A stretch of 63,530 nucleotides of DNA, filler included, from Licmophora abbreviata (lineage: Eukaryota), in assembly GCA_900291995.1 (NCBI GenBank). It is 15 parts of 15 records of this genome, joined end to end, with 100 filler letters (N's around TTAATTAATTAA, not from the genome) between each part and the next. Parts side by side here need not be neighbours in the genome. Positions count along the whole stretch, not along the records: positions 9,959 to 13,040 come from OLMU01000309.1; positions 13,141 to 20,462 come from OLMU01000310.1; positions 20,563 to 24,587 come from OLMU01000311.1; 12 more parts are not named here. One strand, 5' to 3'. Below are positions 11,725 through 24,079 of the stretch, one piece after another (within the stretch, counting starts at the first letter, position 1; the number at the start of each line of letters is the position of its first letter). The translations under genes were made by a program, and so were the position numbers. Below the pieces are notes generated by a model. The model searched no databases, was not told the DNA's origin, and saw only the letters and a list, made by a program, of their open reading frames with translations.

Positions 11725-12328
11725 TTTTCCTTTCTTCGAATGCTTGTGTAAAATGGAACCGGATTCTTTCAATCGATCGGCTTGGTCAACAGTACCTTGG
11801 GCTCTTTTCTCTCTTGACAAGGAAGAACGACCGGTTTAGTTGTCAGACGATGATGACAGCGAAAGCGATCGATCTCTCTGGAGTTCGTTTCAGCGTTCAC
11901 ACGCTGCAACAGTAAAGTGAGAGTGTATTGATGGCCATCGAAGAAAGAAAGCTGGCGCACCTCCACTGGGATGCCACGTGGAAAATGTACTGTGGTCCAC
12001 GCGTCTCGGGACTAAACTTTCAACTTTCAAACCTCGCGCCAGTCGGGCGGGACTGCAGCTGATTGGTGGATGAGACTGCGAGTATTCTCTTCGAAGATCG
12101 GCGCGCGGCGACGGACGTCAGCCGACGCTTGACGGGACCCTAGGTACTGTAGTGCCAATCAATGCTAAAGAGGACTATGCGATGGCTTATGTCGCACTGG
12201 TAAGAATCTCTCTACGAGTGGTTGGAGAGTGGCTACCCGGTACCGATACACTATCTAGGGTTTTCGTCGAAGAACGCCTGATGAAATATCGATGGCCTAC
12301 TCGGAACGACAAACAATAGCACATCGGC

Positions 12329-12700
12329 TCACCCAAGCGGCGTTGCTACTTTTGGGAGGCTCGTTGAACCTCCTAGCCACGGTTTCTCCATCACCTGATC
12401 CAGCGTGAGTTAGTCGATCCGACGGCTCCACTCCCACCATGCCTTGGATCAGGTCAATCACTTCGCTTCTAAGTGGCACTGCCCTGAATCTTGATGACCA
12501 CCAATTTAAACGAATAAGGAAGCGTATGCAATCTTGTCATTCGGAGCTCTTCGTAGGATGGTATGCTGATGGCGGTTGGGGCGAAGTCGCGTCTTCCGAT
12601 ACGGGCCGCAGACGGAACCCGACTCGAACATCTCCATACGTAGTCTCGCTTTTTCTTTCTCTGACGCCAGTACGCCCGTGGAAGTAGACATGCCGCCTCC
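12329..12700 (-). pseudogene. Decayed Ser/Thr protein kinase remnant with internal deletion
   Basis: Frameshifted pieces RAYWRQRK, TYGDVRVGFRL, KLVVIKI (subdomains I-II) abut EVIDLIQGMVGVEPSDRL/TLDQVMEKPWL (subdomain XI); no HRD/DFG core lies between them. Confidence 0.6.
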
Positions 12701-13040
12701 ACTAGCATAGTATTTGCGGAATGTCATGCGTTGCTGTAGTACTCAAAGTCTCATCAGCTCCGCCAGTGTAGTACAGGTCGCAGTGGCGTCTCATCGCGAC
12801 ATTAGAAACGAGATTCCATTCAGCTATCAGTTTCAGATGCCTTGCTTTCAGGAGCCGCAACGACTCCTGTTATTCTCCGTGTAGGAAACATAGGCGGCAC
12901 TTCCAATGGAAGTACAGAAACATTGGCAGCGGCGGTCTTCATGGTTCATTTTCTCTCGGAACACGGACACATCAACTTTGGAAAGAGACGCCGCGCGATG
13001 ATCAAAATGACGGCCGGCGGCGATTGCATTCCGATGGCGC

Positions 13041-13140
13041 NNNNNNNNNNNNNNNNNNNNNNNNNNNNNNNNNNNNNNNNNNNNTTAATTAATTAANNNN
13101 NNNNNNNNNNNNNNNNNNNNNNNNNNNNNNNNNNNNNNNN
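13041..13140. other. Artificial scaffold spacer
   Basis: 44N-TTAATTAATTAA-44N. Confidence 0.98.
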
Positions 13141-13277
13141 TACGTAGTTTTTGTACCAGGTTCATCGCAGAAACTGTGCCACGTTTTGGCGCCAAAATAC
13201 CGGTAGGAGGGGCGACAGCTGTGACCTGTTGACATGGTGGGGCTTGCGGCGGAGAACGAAGCAGCCAACAGAACACA

Positions 13278-14797
13278 ATGTCGACCAGAAGACTGCGTCA
13301 TTGCCCTTCTCTCTCTGTTCGGTATCCCCGGTGTGGTGGAGCACGTGGCACGACTCGAAACTACGCCCTGACTCCACTCCGCCGATCCTTCCTCTTCACT
13401 CTTGTCGGTCTGTTGCTGCCAGCCCCGTGGTCCTTGAACTCTGCTCCGAGAACGGCCCACGCCCTCTCAATGTCAGACAGTCCTCCTCGACAACACTGGA
13501 ATATGCCATCAGTACTCCTATCGCGCCGAGGCGCCTTTTCCGCTGGAATGGTGATTGCGGCATCGCTGGTGTCTGTTCCATTCGCTGGCGCCTTTAGTGC
13601 TCCCCAGCCGCCCGAGTTCGTATCGCGGACAAATCAAGCGGAGAGCTTCTCGCGGGAGGTAGACGAAGTGTTTACAGTGGCTTATCGACCCATGTCGGTG
13701 GAAATGGACAAATTTGGTATCAGTGTCCCGGTGGCCATGTGGTATCCGGTAACCGGTGATGAGAGTGATGCCAGTGTTGCTTCAACGGCGGACGCCAATC
13801 GCCAGTGGAACAACGACGTTCCCAGTCAGGTTACATACGACCATCGCATTTCGGTTCGCAAGATTGGAGAATTGTTGGCAGGATGGGAATTCATTCCTAA
13901 GTTCGTCTCGAAAGATTTTCGACTGTCGCCAACGCTCAAGAGCGGACGTGTCGTGGACGGACTTTCCGCTCCGATTCCGTCCACGGCTCCCGTTTTGGTC
14001 CTTGCACACGGGTACCTGGGGAGTCGATTCGACCTTTCGCATTTAGCAGAATCACTGGCGCAGCAGGGTAAGTCAATTTGCAAACTCTTTGTTTACATTT
14101 TGTACGTGCTGATTCTTTTTACTTTCCGGCTGACACCTGGCACACACATTCGTCTGAACATGTTTCTCTAGGCTTCGTATGTATCAGTGCCGAGTATCCA
14201 GAATCGCTCGCAGCATCGTATCCCAGGATGGATGGTCTCGATCGATCTGTAATAACAGATGCGATGTTGGACAAGGTCAGCACGGATTGGGGTATTAAGG
14301 CCAGGTCATTCGGAATTGTAGGGCATTCTTTGGGTTGCGGGACGGCAATGTCTACAGGAGACGACACTTGGACACGAGTCCTCATTGCAGGATTTCCTCG
14401 GACACGGGACGGTGCTACAATTCCTGGATCAGTGCTGTTCCTCACATCCATGAATGATGGGGCCGTCTCGCTAAGCCGATTTGGAGGAAAGAGTTCCATC
14501 CCGGCGGACTATGAACAACTGGACGCGACTAAGCTAGGGACTGGGATGACAAAGATTCCTCGGCGTGCGGCACTGGTATTCGATGGACCCGATGCTCCGA
14601 ATCACATTTCATATCTCGCTGATGGTGTGAATACGGCAATGATTGACTTGCTATCGCCGCTTCTTCCACTAGCCCAAGCGATGAGCATTCCAGTTTTGGA
14701 CTTTGACAAGTACAAAGAGTCGCGCGACTCGGATGCTACGGCAGAAGTTGTCATTCCATTGGTTACATCCTATTTGAAGGAGCAAATGAAATTATAG
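13278..14797 (+). CDS. Alpha/beta-hydrolase (PAF-acetylhydrolase/dienelactone-hydrolase-like); intron 14068-14171
   Basis: VAMWYP, VLAHGYLGSRFD..HLAE.LA..GF, nucleophile GIVGHSLG, PNHISY; N-terminal signal and an RR-hydrophobic segment; start codon uncertain. Confidence 0.8.
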
Positions 14798-15126
14798 CGT
14801 GTACACAGTAAGTTAGCATGGTGAGACTTTGACAAGGTTGCACATCTTAATACTTGCATTCGTACTGATTGGACCTTCTCTATGATGAGACGAGTCGAGT
14901 CGAGGAAGTCGATGATCACACTCAAACAGCATCATGTATCACAACGCGCGGCGCGGCGCCTCTGCTTTTTCTGATGGCGACGACTCCGGCGACAGAGGAG
15001 TCAGTCAGTCCATTGTGACAAGGGCAAAGATAGAACCAAGACCGACGCCTCGTTTCACTGCTCCCCTGTCTTCACTTATTATTCTACCCTCCCCTCTGCA
15101 TTAGAGCTCGTGTATCAGAAATTGCC

Positions 15127-15645
15127 ATGTCTGAGACGGAGACAATTCTTCTCCAGTGCGGCGGAGATGAGTCGGAGACCATCGAAGTACGCAAGGACAT
15201 CGCGTGCGAGCTGTCCGGGCTTATTCAAGACACAGTGGGCGAAGATTCCGGGGAAGAACAGGTTGTCATGGTCACAGTCGCGTTCCGAGCGCTCCAGAAA
15301 ATCGTCGATTTCTTCAATCACTACAGCGAACATCCATACGAGCCTTTTCCCACACCGTTTGGCGTCCTTGCCTTCGAAGACGTTGTAACTGACGAATGGT
15401 ACCGCAGCTTCTTGCCCGAGGACAAAGACGAACTGTTTGAACTTCTCACGGCCGCCAACTATATGAATATCAAGTCCCTCCTTGACCTCTGCTGCCTTAA
15501 GGTAACTTTCCTTTTGGCTCACAAGGATCCAGAAGAAATCCGCCAGATTCTCAACCTGCCCGGTCTGTCTGAAGAGGAAATGGCCAACTGTCGCGAAGAG
15601 CATGGGTGGCTGTTTTCCGGTGAAGGAACGGAGAATGAAGCATAG
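15127..15645 (+). CDS. SKP1: Skp1-family protein (SCF adaptor)
   Basis: LQKIVDF..H, LFELLTAANYMNIKSLLDLCC, DPEEIRQILNL...EEE...REEHGW. Confidence 0.9.
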   Translation: MSETETILLQCGGDESETIEVRKDIACELSGLIQDTVGEDSGEEQVVMVTVAFRALQKIVDFFNHYSEHPYEPFPTPFGVLAFEDVVTDEWYRSFLPEDKDELFELLTAANYMNIKSLLDLCCLKVTFLLAHKDPEEIRQILNLPGLSEEEMANCREEHGWLFSGEGTENEA

Positions 15646-16372
15646 TAGTTGGGAGGACTGACGAACGGATCACTCTGCATAAACGAACATCATGTCGTTC
15701 TCTACAACCACGTTCGACTAAGCACCGTACATGCGATCCAGTTCACCTATCGATTTGATGATGGGACCCGAGGTGCTTCTCTTCACGCTTCAAGCATAGG
15801 GGAACGAGGAAATGAGGGCTCTCTATGCCATGACAGGACGGCAAAAGTGTCTATCCTTGGAGAGCAATGTGCTTGTATTTACAGTTGTACTTGTACTGAG
15901 ATTTGAAGCATTGGTAATTTGTAGCTAGCCAGATTCACTATATGGTTAGCTTGTCTTGTCTTCCCGAACATACGAAGAGCTCGTTATTCTTGGAAGCAAT
16001 CAGGTTTGCTATGGCGAAGCAATGGTCGCAAGCAACGATGGGATAGATATCAGCTAGCCAATAGAGTTTTGGCAGTGTTGCTCTGGGTTTACGGCCCCGC
16101 TTTGTTTCGCTAGACTAGACTACCGGCAACGTAAGAGGCTACCTGCCCCTTGTAAACGAATTTGTTGGGTGGCATCCATGATTACAATGATTGCTATGGC
16201 AACGGCGCCGGTGCGAGTTCTATAACAGAGATCACAGACCGTCGTCTCGGGCGACAAACAAAGTCATCGTCTGTACGTCGGCGGCTCTGTATGGTATGGC
16301 CACGCGCTGACCGCGAGGCAGTCTGTCGCAAAAGCCGCACAATTTCTCCGGCAGCGCCGCGTTGTTGCTACG

Positions 16373-17275
16373 ATGGGACCCGACGAGGATTTGTCGACGC
16401 TGGTCCGCCGCAAGGACCATTTAAATGCTCTGCGATACATTCGTGCTCATGAATTGAGAGAACCAGAGCTTGTCGTCGAGCAAGGGCGCGCGTTATTGGG
16501 TTCAAATCTGTCAAGAAAGTTGGGAGACGAATCTGCACGGCTGGCGGCGCTCGAGCAGCTCTGCTTGGCCGCTTTGGACTTACAAGACCACGACCTTTCG
16601 GATGAGTGCTTAACAAAACTGAAAGTGGCGGTCGGAAAAGAGTCGGTACGATTCCGCTGCTTGCTGGGCCGTTGTTTGGAGAGCGCCGGAGATTCCGAGG
16701 GAGCTGGAGCCATTTATGACAGTTTGCTCAGCGACAACCCATCGAATATGGTAGCCCTGAAACGCAAGTATTGCTTGCTTCGAGCAGAGGTCGGAAAAGA
16801 GGTACAGGCGATGGAGGCATTAAATGCATACCTTAAACAGAACGCTGCCGACACTGCCGCTTGGAACGAAATGGCTCGTTACTGCTTGGAGCTTGGCGAC
16901 TACAAGGGAGGGGCGTATGCGTTGGAGGAAGTCGTTCTAGGATGTCCTTTGGACTCAACTCTGCATTGCCGTCTCGGGGAAGTCTATGCTACCATTGGAG
17001 GGCTCGAGAATTTGCAACTTGCGCGAAAGCATTTGGCGCAGAGTTTGGAGCTGGACGGTGCGAACCGTCGTGCACTCTTTGGACTTGTATCTGTAAGTAG
17101 CGCGTCGCTGGACGAATCGGCGAAGCAGAAGAAGAACGTGGACGAGCACGATGTTGAAGTGGCCAAAGAACTCGTCAAGTTCGGGGCGGAGAACTTGGTC
17201 AAGGCCTACAAAGGAACGAAGCTGCACTCGGTAGTCAAAAGGTACCTGAGCGAAAAGACGGCGGGCGCGAAGTAG
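16373..17275 (+). CDS. EMC2: ER membrane complex subunit 2 (TPR protein)
   Basis: LEQLCLAALD, SVRFRCLLG, KRKY, LNAYL...AD..AW.E, YALEEVVL..P, ARKHLAQSLEL..NRRALFGL; 300 aa. Confidence 0.88.
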   Translation: MGPDEDLSTLVRRKDHLNALRYIRAHELREPELVVEQGRALLGSNLSRKLGDESARLAALEQLCLAALDLQDHDLSDECLTKLKVAVGKESVRFRCLLGRCLESAGDSEGAGAIYDSLLSDNPSNMVALKRKYCLLRAEVGKEVQAMEALNAYLKQNAADTAAWNEMARYCLELGDYKGGAYALEEVVLGCPLDSTLHCRLGEVYATIGGLENLQLARKHLAQSLELDGANRRALFGLVSVSSASLDESAKQKKNVDEHDVEVAKELVKFGAENLVKAYKGTKLHSVVKRYLSEKTAGAK

Positions 17276-17413
17276 TTATGGTGTTTAACACACTTTATTA
17301 GCTATTCAAGTTGCCAATAGAAGCTTCCTTATGGATACGGACTTTCACTTCAGGCTAGGGATATACACAGCTACATCGAACTCCTCTATTTACAAAATCG
17401 CAGGTCTCGTTTG

Positions 17414-18184
17414 CTAAGAAGAGGCAGCTGGAACTGGTTGCGCTCCCTCCTTGTCGCTCGTCCACGGCAAAGGAAGCCAGTCAGGCTGCGTCCCCACCAT
17501 GAAAAACGAGCTAGCTCCACCCAGAGCAACAGCGCCACGTCGTAAGTTCTTCAAAAAACTTGAGGCGGCGTCGAACGGGTTTCCTCCCGAAAATAACGAT
17601 GCTATGTTCACCATGAGGGACTGCTCGCAAAGGGCCTCCTGAAGCTCGTAAATTTCGTAGTGTGTCGCTTCAACGTAGAGGTCTCTCAGTTTTGAAGTAT
17701 CCTTGGGCAATTGCACATACTTGTTGGTCTTCTGCATACGACTATACTTGGCTTTGTGAGTGCGGTACGTGAGTCCTTCGACTTTGTTTCGAAGATGAGT
17801 AAGGACGATGCCGAAATGGGTGGGGTCACGGTCGATAAAGACCGAGCTGCCCTTCGAAGTCAGCTCCTGATTGGCTTCAGCACGTGCGACATGGTCTGCC
17901 AAAACAGAATTCGAGGCGACAGTCGACCGCAATGTCATGTAGTCCTTACCACCGACATTGAGCACTATCACGCCGTCGCTTGGTCCATGGCGCACAATTT
18001 CAGTACCTCCCCCTTCAGATGCTAGAGTCTCGATGTTTGATGAAGCTTCTTGTGAGATAGGAGACATTGAGAAGCGGCGATTCAATGGAGAGATTCTCGA
18101 AGAGCTAGTTCTGGGCCCTATTACAAGCTTGGCGGGGAAGTTTGTCAGATGGCGGGGAAGTGCGCGGATCGTCGTTTGCATCAT
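17414..18184 (-). CDS. KCTD/T1-type BTB-POZ protein with mitochondrial-like presequence and C-terminal hydrophobic segment
   Basis: VLNVGG...TLRST, VFIDRDPTHFGIVL..LRN, LYVEATHY. Confidence 0.82.
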   Translation of the reverse strand: MMQTTIRALPRHLTNFPAKLVIGPRTSSSRISPLNRRFSMSPISQEASSNIETLASEGGGTEIVRHGPSDGVIVLNVGGKDYMTLRSTVASNSVLADHVARAEANQELTSKGSSVFIDRDPTHFGIVLTHLRNKVEGLTYRTHKAKYSRMQKTNKYVQLPKDTSKLRDLYVEATHYEIYELQEALCEQSLMVNIASLFSGGNPFDAASSFLKNLRRGAVALGGASSFFMVGTQPDWLPLPWTSDKEGAQPVPAASS

Positions 18185-19050
18185 ATCGAATCAAGCCACG
18201 GATTTATCCGTGCGACTGAAAGGTTACAGAACGACACAAGCTCCTGCGCCGTAGCAACACTTGCAATGTTCTTCTCGCAGTCTTTGGCCGTTCACCTTGA
18301 CTTTGAAAAGATCTTTTCCGACACACCAGCATCATCGTCTCGTTTGCAATGATTTTCGCGTCGGACGTCGGACAGGCCCGCACAAAAAGCGCGCGCCGCT
18401 TTGGAAGCAAATTGTATGCGTGTGCGTGTGGCTACTATCATGCTTCTTACGTGTCTGTGCGTGCAGATGACAGACAAAGACCCGGATATACGATCTCCAT
18501 CATTCTCCGCTGCGCGATGCGTTGCGATGTTGAATGATGATGTGCTCGACCATGAAGATGCGTTGCCGCCCTCCGGTCTGCCTCCCTGGTAGAGTGTGGG
18601 CGTCTATTATCTGTGTTGTGGGCAGAAATTCATTGTTCTGATGCACCCCTCACTATGCCATCTCTGAATTGGTCTATAAACTCCGAGAATACTTCTTATG
18701 ATTTTGTCCTAGCACTCTTCTTTCGGACATCTGATGAGTCGAGTCGAAGCCATGCAGCTACTTAACAGTATGCTGGTCATCTGCCCTTGGCTGGCCCTAT
18801 ATATTCGTAAAATGCTGCTTCGTTAATTGCTTTGCTGCAGGCGGGAATGAGTCATAGTCATAGCGCTTATCGGACATCGGACATCGATGTGTGGCACTGA
18901 TTGCCATCGTAAGTGGATACCGAGCATGCTGTAGAAGAGGGTCATCGGTCAAAGTCGTAAAAGGCTTTTCGTGGTCACACCAGCACACCGGTCATAAAAC
19001 ATTTGATTTATGATCACTTTATCACGCCGCATCATTAGCAGACATCGACC

Positions 19051-22000
19051 ATGGATCTTCTCAATCGCAACAGGCACGCCTTTCGTGTCGAGCCACGAGG
19101 CCGCAACGATGCTGTGCTTCCTCAACGGAACGGACGTAATCGCGAGCACGAGGGAGAGAGACGACGCAAGAGTACAGCACGCCTAGTGGGAGCACTGGCT
19201 GTGTTGTCTGCGTTGTCACTCTTACGTCTCGAGCCAGGGTCCATTCGTCAGTCACTCTATGCCATGGGACGACGTGCTTTGGCATGTGCGATCGGGGAGA
19301 TTCATGTCCCGGAAGACTATGATGGGTACTACGAAACTAGCTACAACCCCGCGATTGATTACAATGTGAGTGTTGGATTCAAGATTTGTCTCTCAGGAAG
19401 AGGTGCACATGCTTCGTCCGTTTCTCATACTTGCGCATTCTCTTTCTTTTCCAGAACGACAACCGCGATCTGATGACTCCACCATCGACGGCCGTTGGAT
19501 ACGTTGTGAACATTCCTTTCTGCCCAGAGGACTCGCTCAATGCCGGGAGCGACCCAGGGCGCGCCTTCTTCGATAGCATGGCCATGCTCAAGCTAAACAT
19601 TGGCCAAGCCCATGAGGCAGGCGGCAATGTCTACTCGTGGACCGCCTATGCGATTATTCACCCCAGCGCTGTCGAGTGCCAGGGACCTGACGGAAGCTTC
19701 TACGATCGCGTGGCCATTCTGGAAGATCTAAAGTTCTGGGTCAAGGTTTGGGGAGAGAATGTCGACACGGATGTGACTGACATTGATCCCGCCGTTAAGG
19801 CTGCTGTCGACGACGATACCGCTACGAACGATCTTAGTGCGTTGAATGCGCTTACGCTTGACGACCACGATGCGGTCGTTATCATGGATCAAACCACGAC
19901 ACTCGTGGATTCACCTAATGACCAACTGGACACCTTCCTGTCAGACCCTGACGCCCAGTTTATGGCCGGTACTACGCCACCGCCGTCTACGCCTCCTTCG
20001 ACGTTCATTCCTGTAACGGAGCCGCCTGTAGCACCGACAACCACGGCTCCATCTGAAACGCCCACAACCCCAGCTCCGTCCGACTCGCCACCGCCAACGA
20101 CAAGCTCCGCTCCGTCAGTTGTATCAAACCCAACAGGCCCGGCACCGGCCAACACCGACTATCTCTTGCTCAAGCCAAATCAGACTACCTTCGACGATAT
20201 TCAAGCTGCCATCCAGAACTCCACCTACGACCCTGCCACGGATACTGACACTGCCGGCGTCACCGGGGGCGCTGCTGGCGTGCTAGGTAACTACATTGCC
20301 AACAACCCCAACTCAACCATCCCGTTGGATCCGTGTAGTTACGGTGACGCAGTCAACGACCCTGCCTGTAGCGAGAACTTCACCACCATGAAGGTCGCTA
20401 CGCTCAAGGAATCGTGTGGCGAGCCCTGGAACTGCAACTACGACAACACCACCATGCCCGCCNNNNNNNNNNNNNNNNNNNNNNNNNNNNNNNNNNNNNN
20501 NNNNNNTTAATTAATTAANNNNNNNNNNNNNNNNNNNNNNNNNNNNNNNNNNNNNNNNNNNNATTTGTGCCGACTACATTAGCAAGTGGCACCAAATGCG
20601 CGCAGACTTTGAGGATGAGTGCTTCAACTCGCCTGTGTCGGTGAACAATGGAACGTTGGAGGTTGACATTTTCAAGGGGCATTGTGACGATATCGGATTC
20701 CAAGGGTACAAGATCATGGTAAGTAGTGTTGAAACACAAAGATTCCTGCACTTCGTGAATGTCCCATCTCACCTGCGCATCTTCGATGTCAACAGCTTCC
20801 AGACAACGCAATCTGCTTTGGAGATATGCACAGTGTTGAGGATTCCAAGCTTCTACCAGGAGTCTTGCAGACTCAGACGTTCTCTCTGGTGACGCAGGAG
20901 TACACAGGCAACGGAAGAGGCTGCGTTTCGGGCACCATCACTATTCCCCAATACGTTCCACCGTTCAATATTGCCATCGTTATCGATGTCTCTGGAAGCA
21001 CGGGGGCCCAATTCGGAGGAACACCTGTTGGTGATCTGAATGACCACGCTGGAGCCGATACAATCCTGGATGCAGAGATCGACTCAATCATCAAGATGAT
21101 TCAGTCAATGGTGGACTCATCCAACTTGAACAACGACAACGTCGACATCGAACTCATCAGGTTCAGTGGAACGGTAAGATTTGATCGGTGCACAGACGAA
21201 TTGCGCCTTCTGCTTGCCTGTAGTCTCTCATATGCACACCCGTATTTTCTCGTCTACAGGCCCGAAGCCTTGGACATTGGCCGCCTGCTGATCCAAACGA
21301 CCCCACTGTCATCAACCCTCAACTCTACAACCGATTGACTGGCATGGTCGACGGAGGATACACCAACTTCGACGATGCACTCGATGTGGTTGTTGAGTAC
21401 TTTCAGGATGAAGCGCCGTTCACCGGTGGCTCGAATCTCTTGTTCTTCTTGTCCGACGGCAAGCCCAACATCTGCGGTGACGGCGACTCAGAATACTGTG
21501 GCTACAAATGGAATGGGAAAAAGAAAAAGAACAACTACATGTCCAACAACCATGCCACTGCGGTCAACTATGTTTCAGAGTTAGCCGAACTGGACGCCCT
21601 AGGTGTCCACCGTACCGCGATCGGAGTTGGAACCGGAAGCGACGTCAAAGAAGGTTCAGGACTGGACAAGATTCATTCGGATCCCAACGCCCGTCCAATC
21701 AAGGTCCTCTCCTCCGATCAACTCGTCGATGTGCTTACCGCCAACCCTGTCGAGGGCACGCCACTGACCCTCAAGGTGTGGAAAAATGGAGTCATAGTCC
21801 CAGAGATCGACATCACTGACATGATCTCTGGTCCAACTGGCTTCTCCTTCGGTCCCGTCATTTTAGCGGGATTAGACGAGACCTATGGTGCGACCAACGT
21901 GATCGAAGCCGAGATCACCATGGACTTGGACGGTGACGACGTTTCAGATGTCACATTTTTCACCCAATCCACCGTCACTGGTACCGTTACGAACCTTGCC

Positions 22001-22099
22001 ATGACGAGCAGAAGACGGCTTTCATCTGAGCCAGAGAGCGCGACCAAAAGTATATGTAATATTGTCAAGCGAAGCAAACGGTTCAATGGTGGACTGTAA
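19051..22099 (+). CDS. Membrane-anchored or secreted protein: degenerate GT8-like domain + Pro/Thr-rich insert + vWA domain; spans gap 20463-20562; introns 19366-19454, 20719-20795, 21174-21259
   Basis: N-terminal hydrophobic anchor; YAIIHP.A..C, VVIMD, LLLKPN, CGEPW.C; vWA IVIDVSGST, FLSDGKPN, TAIGVG. All three introns restore the frame. Continuity across the gap is inferred. Confidence 0.7.
20463..20562. other. Artificial scaffold spacer
   Basis: 44N-TTAATTAATTAA-44N. Confidence 0.98.
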
Positions 22100-22558
22100 A
22101 CTCTGTTGGGAAATTGACATGCATTTTTGCTTCATACACTAGAAAAATAATCAATTGTCAAGCTTTTCACTAGTCAAGCTTTACACTATGAAATAGAAAT
22201 ATCTGCGTTGACTACGGCCGGCATCGTTGGTTGCGTCTTCAAAACTGATGTCGGGGACCGGATAAACATCGATTGAATCGCAACATCAACATTTCTGCAC
22301 ATCTTTTACCGCAGATAACATTAACGTCGGAATGATGAGGCGATGTCAGGAGAACTGTCTCATGGCAGTGTCATGAGACGAACGTTGAAGGAGAAACAAC
22401 GTCTCTGTTGGTCAGCGTCACGAAGAGGGACCGTGATTTGCGCATTCAGAGAAAGAGACTACCTTGCAAGCGAGAAAATGCAGAACCAACCAAGCGGCAT
22501 GCCTTGTCAATAGGAACTACTTTTTTCTTCTTATCATGCATCCAATACACACGCATAC

Positions 22559-23559
22559 CTACAAAAGCAATTCAATCTTCCCCTGGAGCACCAGCTCGCG
22601 AATCGTACTGTATCTAGCAATCAACACGGCACCCTGTTCTTGAATATCACCTTTGTCGGCTTCCTCCTCGTCGTCGTCGTCATGTTGTCCCAGCGGATCG
22701 TACTTGTTGATTACGACCGTCTCAAGTACCTTGCAAAAGACAAATTGATCAAGATCGGGTGCATCAATCATTTCCGGTTCGTCCAACTTTTTCCATGCAT
22801 CCTTGGGCATATGGTCCAGGACTGTGCGGCGAAAATGACTTTCCAACAGTTCTCCGTACTGCCGTAAATAGGCGACCTGAGACGACAGGTATGGAGAACA
22901 GTGAATATGTATGAGTCACACTAGGAGAAACGGCATCATTCTGGTTGCTTCTATATCATGTGCTTCATTCTCACCTCATTTTTGCTCATTCGATCCAACA
23001 TTTCTCTCATATAAAGAGGATGCTCTTCCATCTTGGCAAGTCTAGTACGCTGCAAGTCGGTGGCCATGAATCGTACTCGATCCGCATCCATCTTGTAGAT
23101 ACTGGCAACGAGCGAGTTCAAGTTGGAAGACGAATCTGATGTCGACGCAGTAGACGACTGCAGCTTATCGATCGACTCTTCTTGTCCCTGCAGCAGTTCA
23201 AGTTGCAGTTCCGTCGTATCACCGTCATACGGGAGAAGTTCGGGACAAGTCATTTCTTGCGTCCAAAGTCGCTTGAGCTGTGTGTAGTCCGGATCTTCCG
23301 CGAACGTGTCTTCTTCTTCTTCTTCGTAGTCGACGCGTAGCCCTTTGCTGGTCGTTTCCTTTTCGAATTCTACAAACTCCTGTTGCTTGCGTTCGAGTTC
23401 GCGGAGCGCCAGAGGGACGGAAGGCTGTGGGCGGTCGTCGTCGTGGTCGCGCTGTAATTCTTCGATTTCGGCATCATTGTCTTCGGAAGCAGCCGGTGAC
23501 AAGGACGGCGCTTGAGTTTCTTCCGTCAGACCATCTAGTAAGTTAAAGAGGTCCGCCAT
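22559..23559 (-). CDS. GINS4: GINS complex subunit Sld5; intron 22877-22974
   Basis: LKRLWTQEMTCPELLPY, MDADRVRF...LQRTRLAKME, PDLDQFVFCKV, ARYSTIRELVLQGKIELL. Confidence 0.9.
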
Positions 23560-23681
23560 TGCAGTATTACAGGAAAGTGGCCGAAAGCTTTGACAACAAG
23601 AGCGATCTCCAGATTGTAGATGGATGTCGTCGTGTTGTTGCGAAAGCAATGCGATTTCTGTGGATTTTGGAACCACATTTT

Positions 23682-23692
23682 TTTGGCGCGAA
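23682..23692. promoter_or_regulatory. E2F/DP consensus site upstream of GINS4
   Basis: TTTGGCGCGAA matches TTTSSCGC, about 125 nt upstream of the Sld5 ATG. Confidence 0.5.
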
Positions 23693-24079
23693 GGGCAGAG
23701 GAGCTCGTGTTTCAACACAGCTCGCAACCCATGTACACTTTTCGCTAGTATGGAGCTGGCGAGCTCGCATAGCATTAAATCTTATTCCGTCTTGAGGATA
23801 GACAAAATATCATTCAACATGTGCATCCTCGCACGACAACTCACGACACAAAATCGCCATCATCGCCAACAACTAACAAACAACACATAAAACGAGCGAT
23901 GAGACTCCGTTGGGTGTCTATCTGATCTCTCGCTGAGTGCGTTGCACCTCACTCTCTCTTGAGACCGAAGGACAACACCAAAGACATCTTTCCTACGAGT
24001 AAGTTTGCCTTGAGTCTTCATTGGAGCACCAGGAACGAACTTTCTCCGTCGCAAGCATCAAAAAGAATATCGTGTCGCG

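Noticed and set aside
12080..12100. Heat-shock element upstream of clpB
   Set aside because: TTC/GAA units do not form the nGAAnnTTCn spacing.
18530..18740. ATGATGA...CTGA as box C/D snoRNA
   Set aside because: No terminal stem or recognisable rRNA guide; the motifs are too short to be significant.
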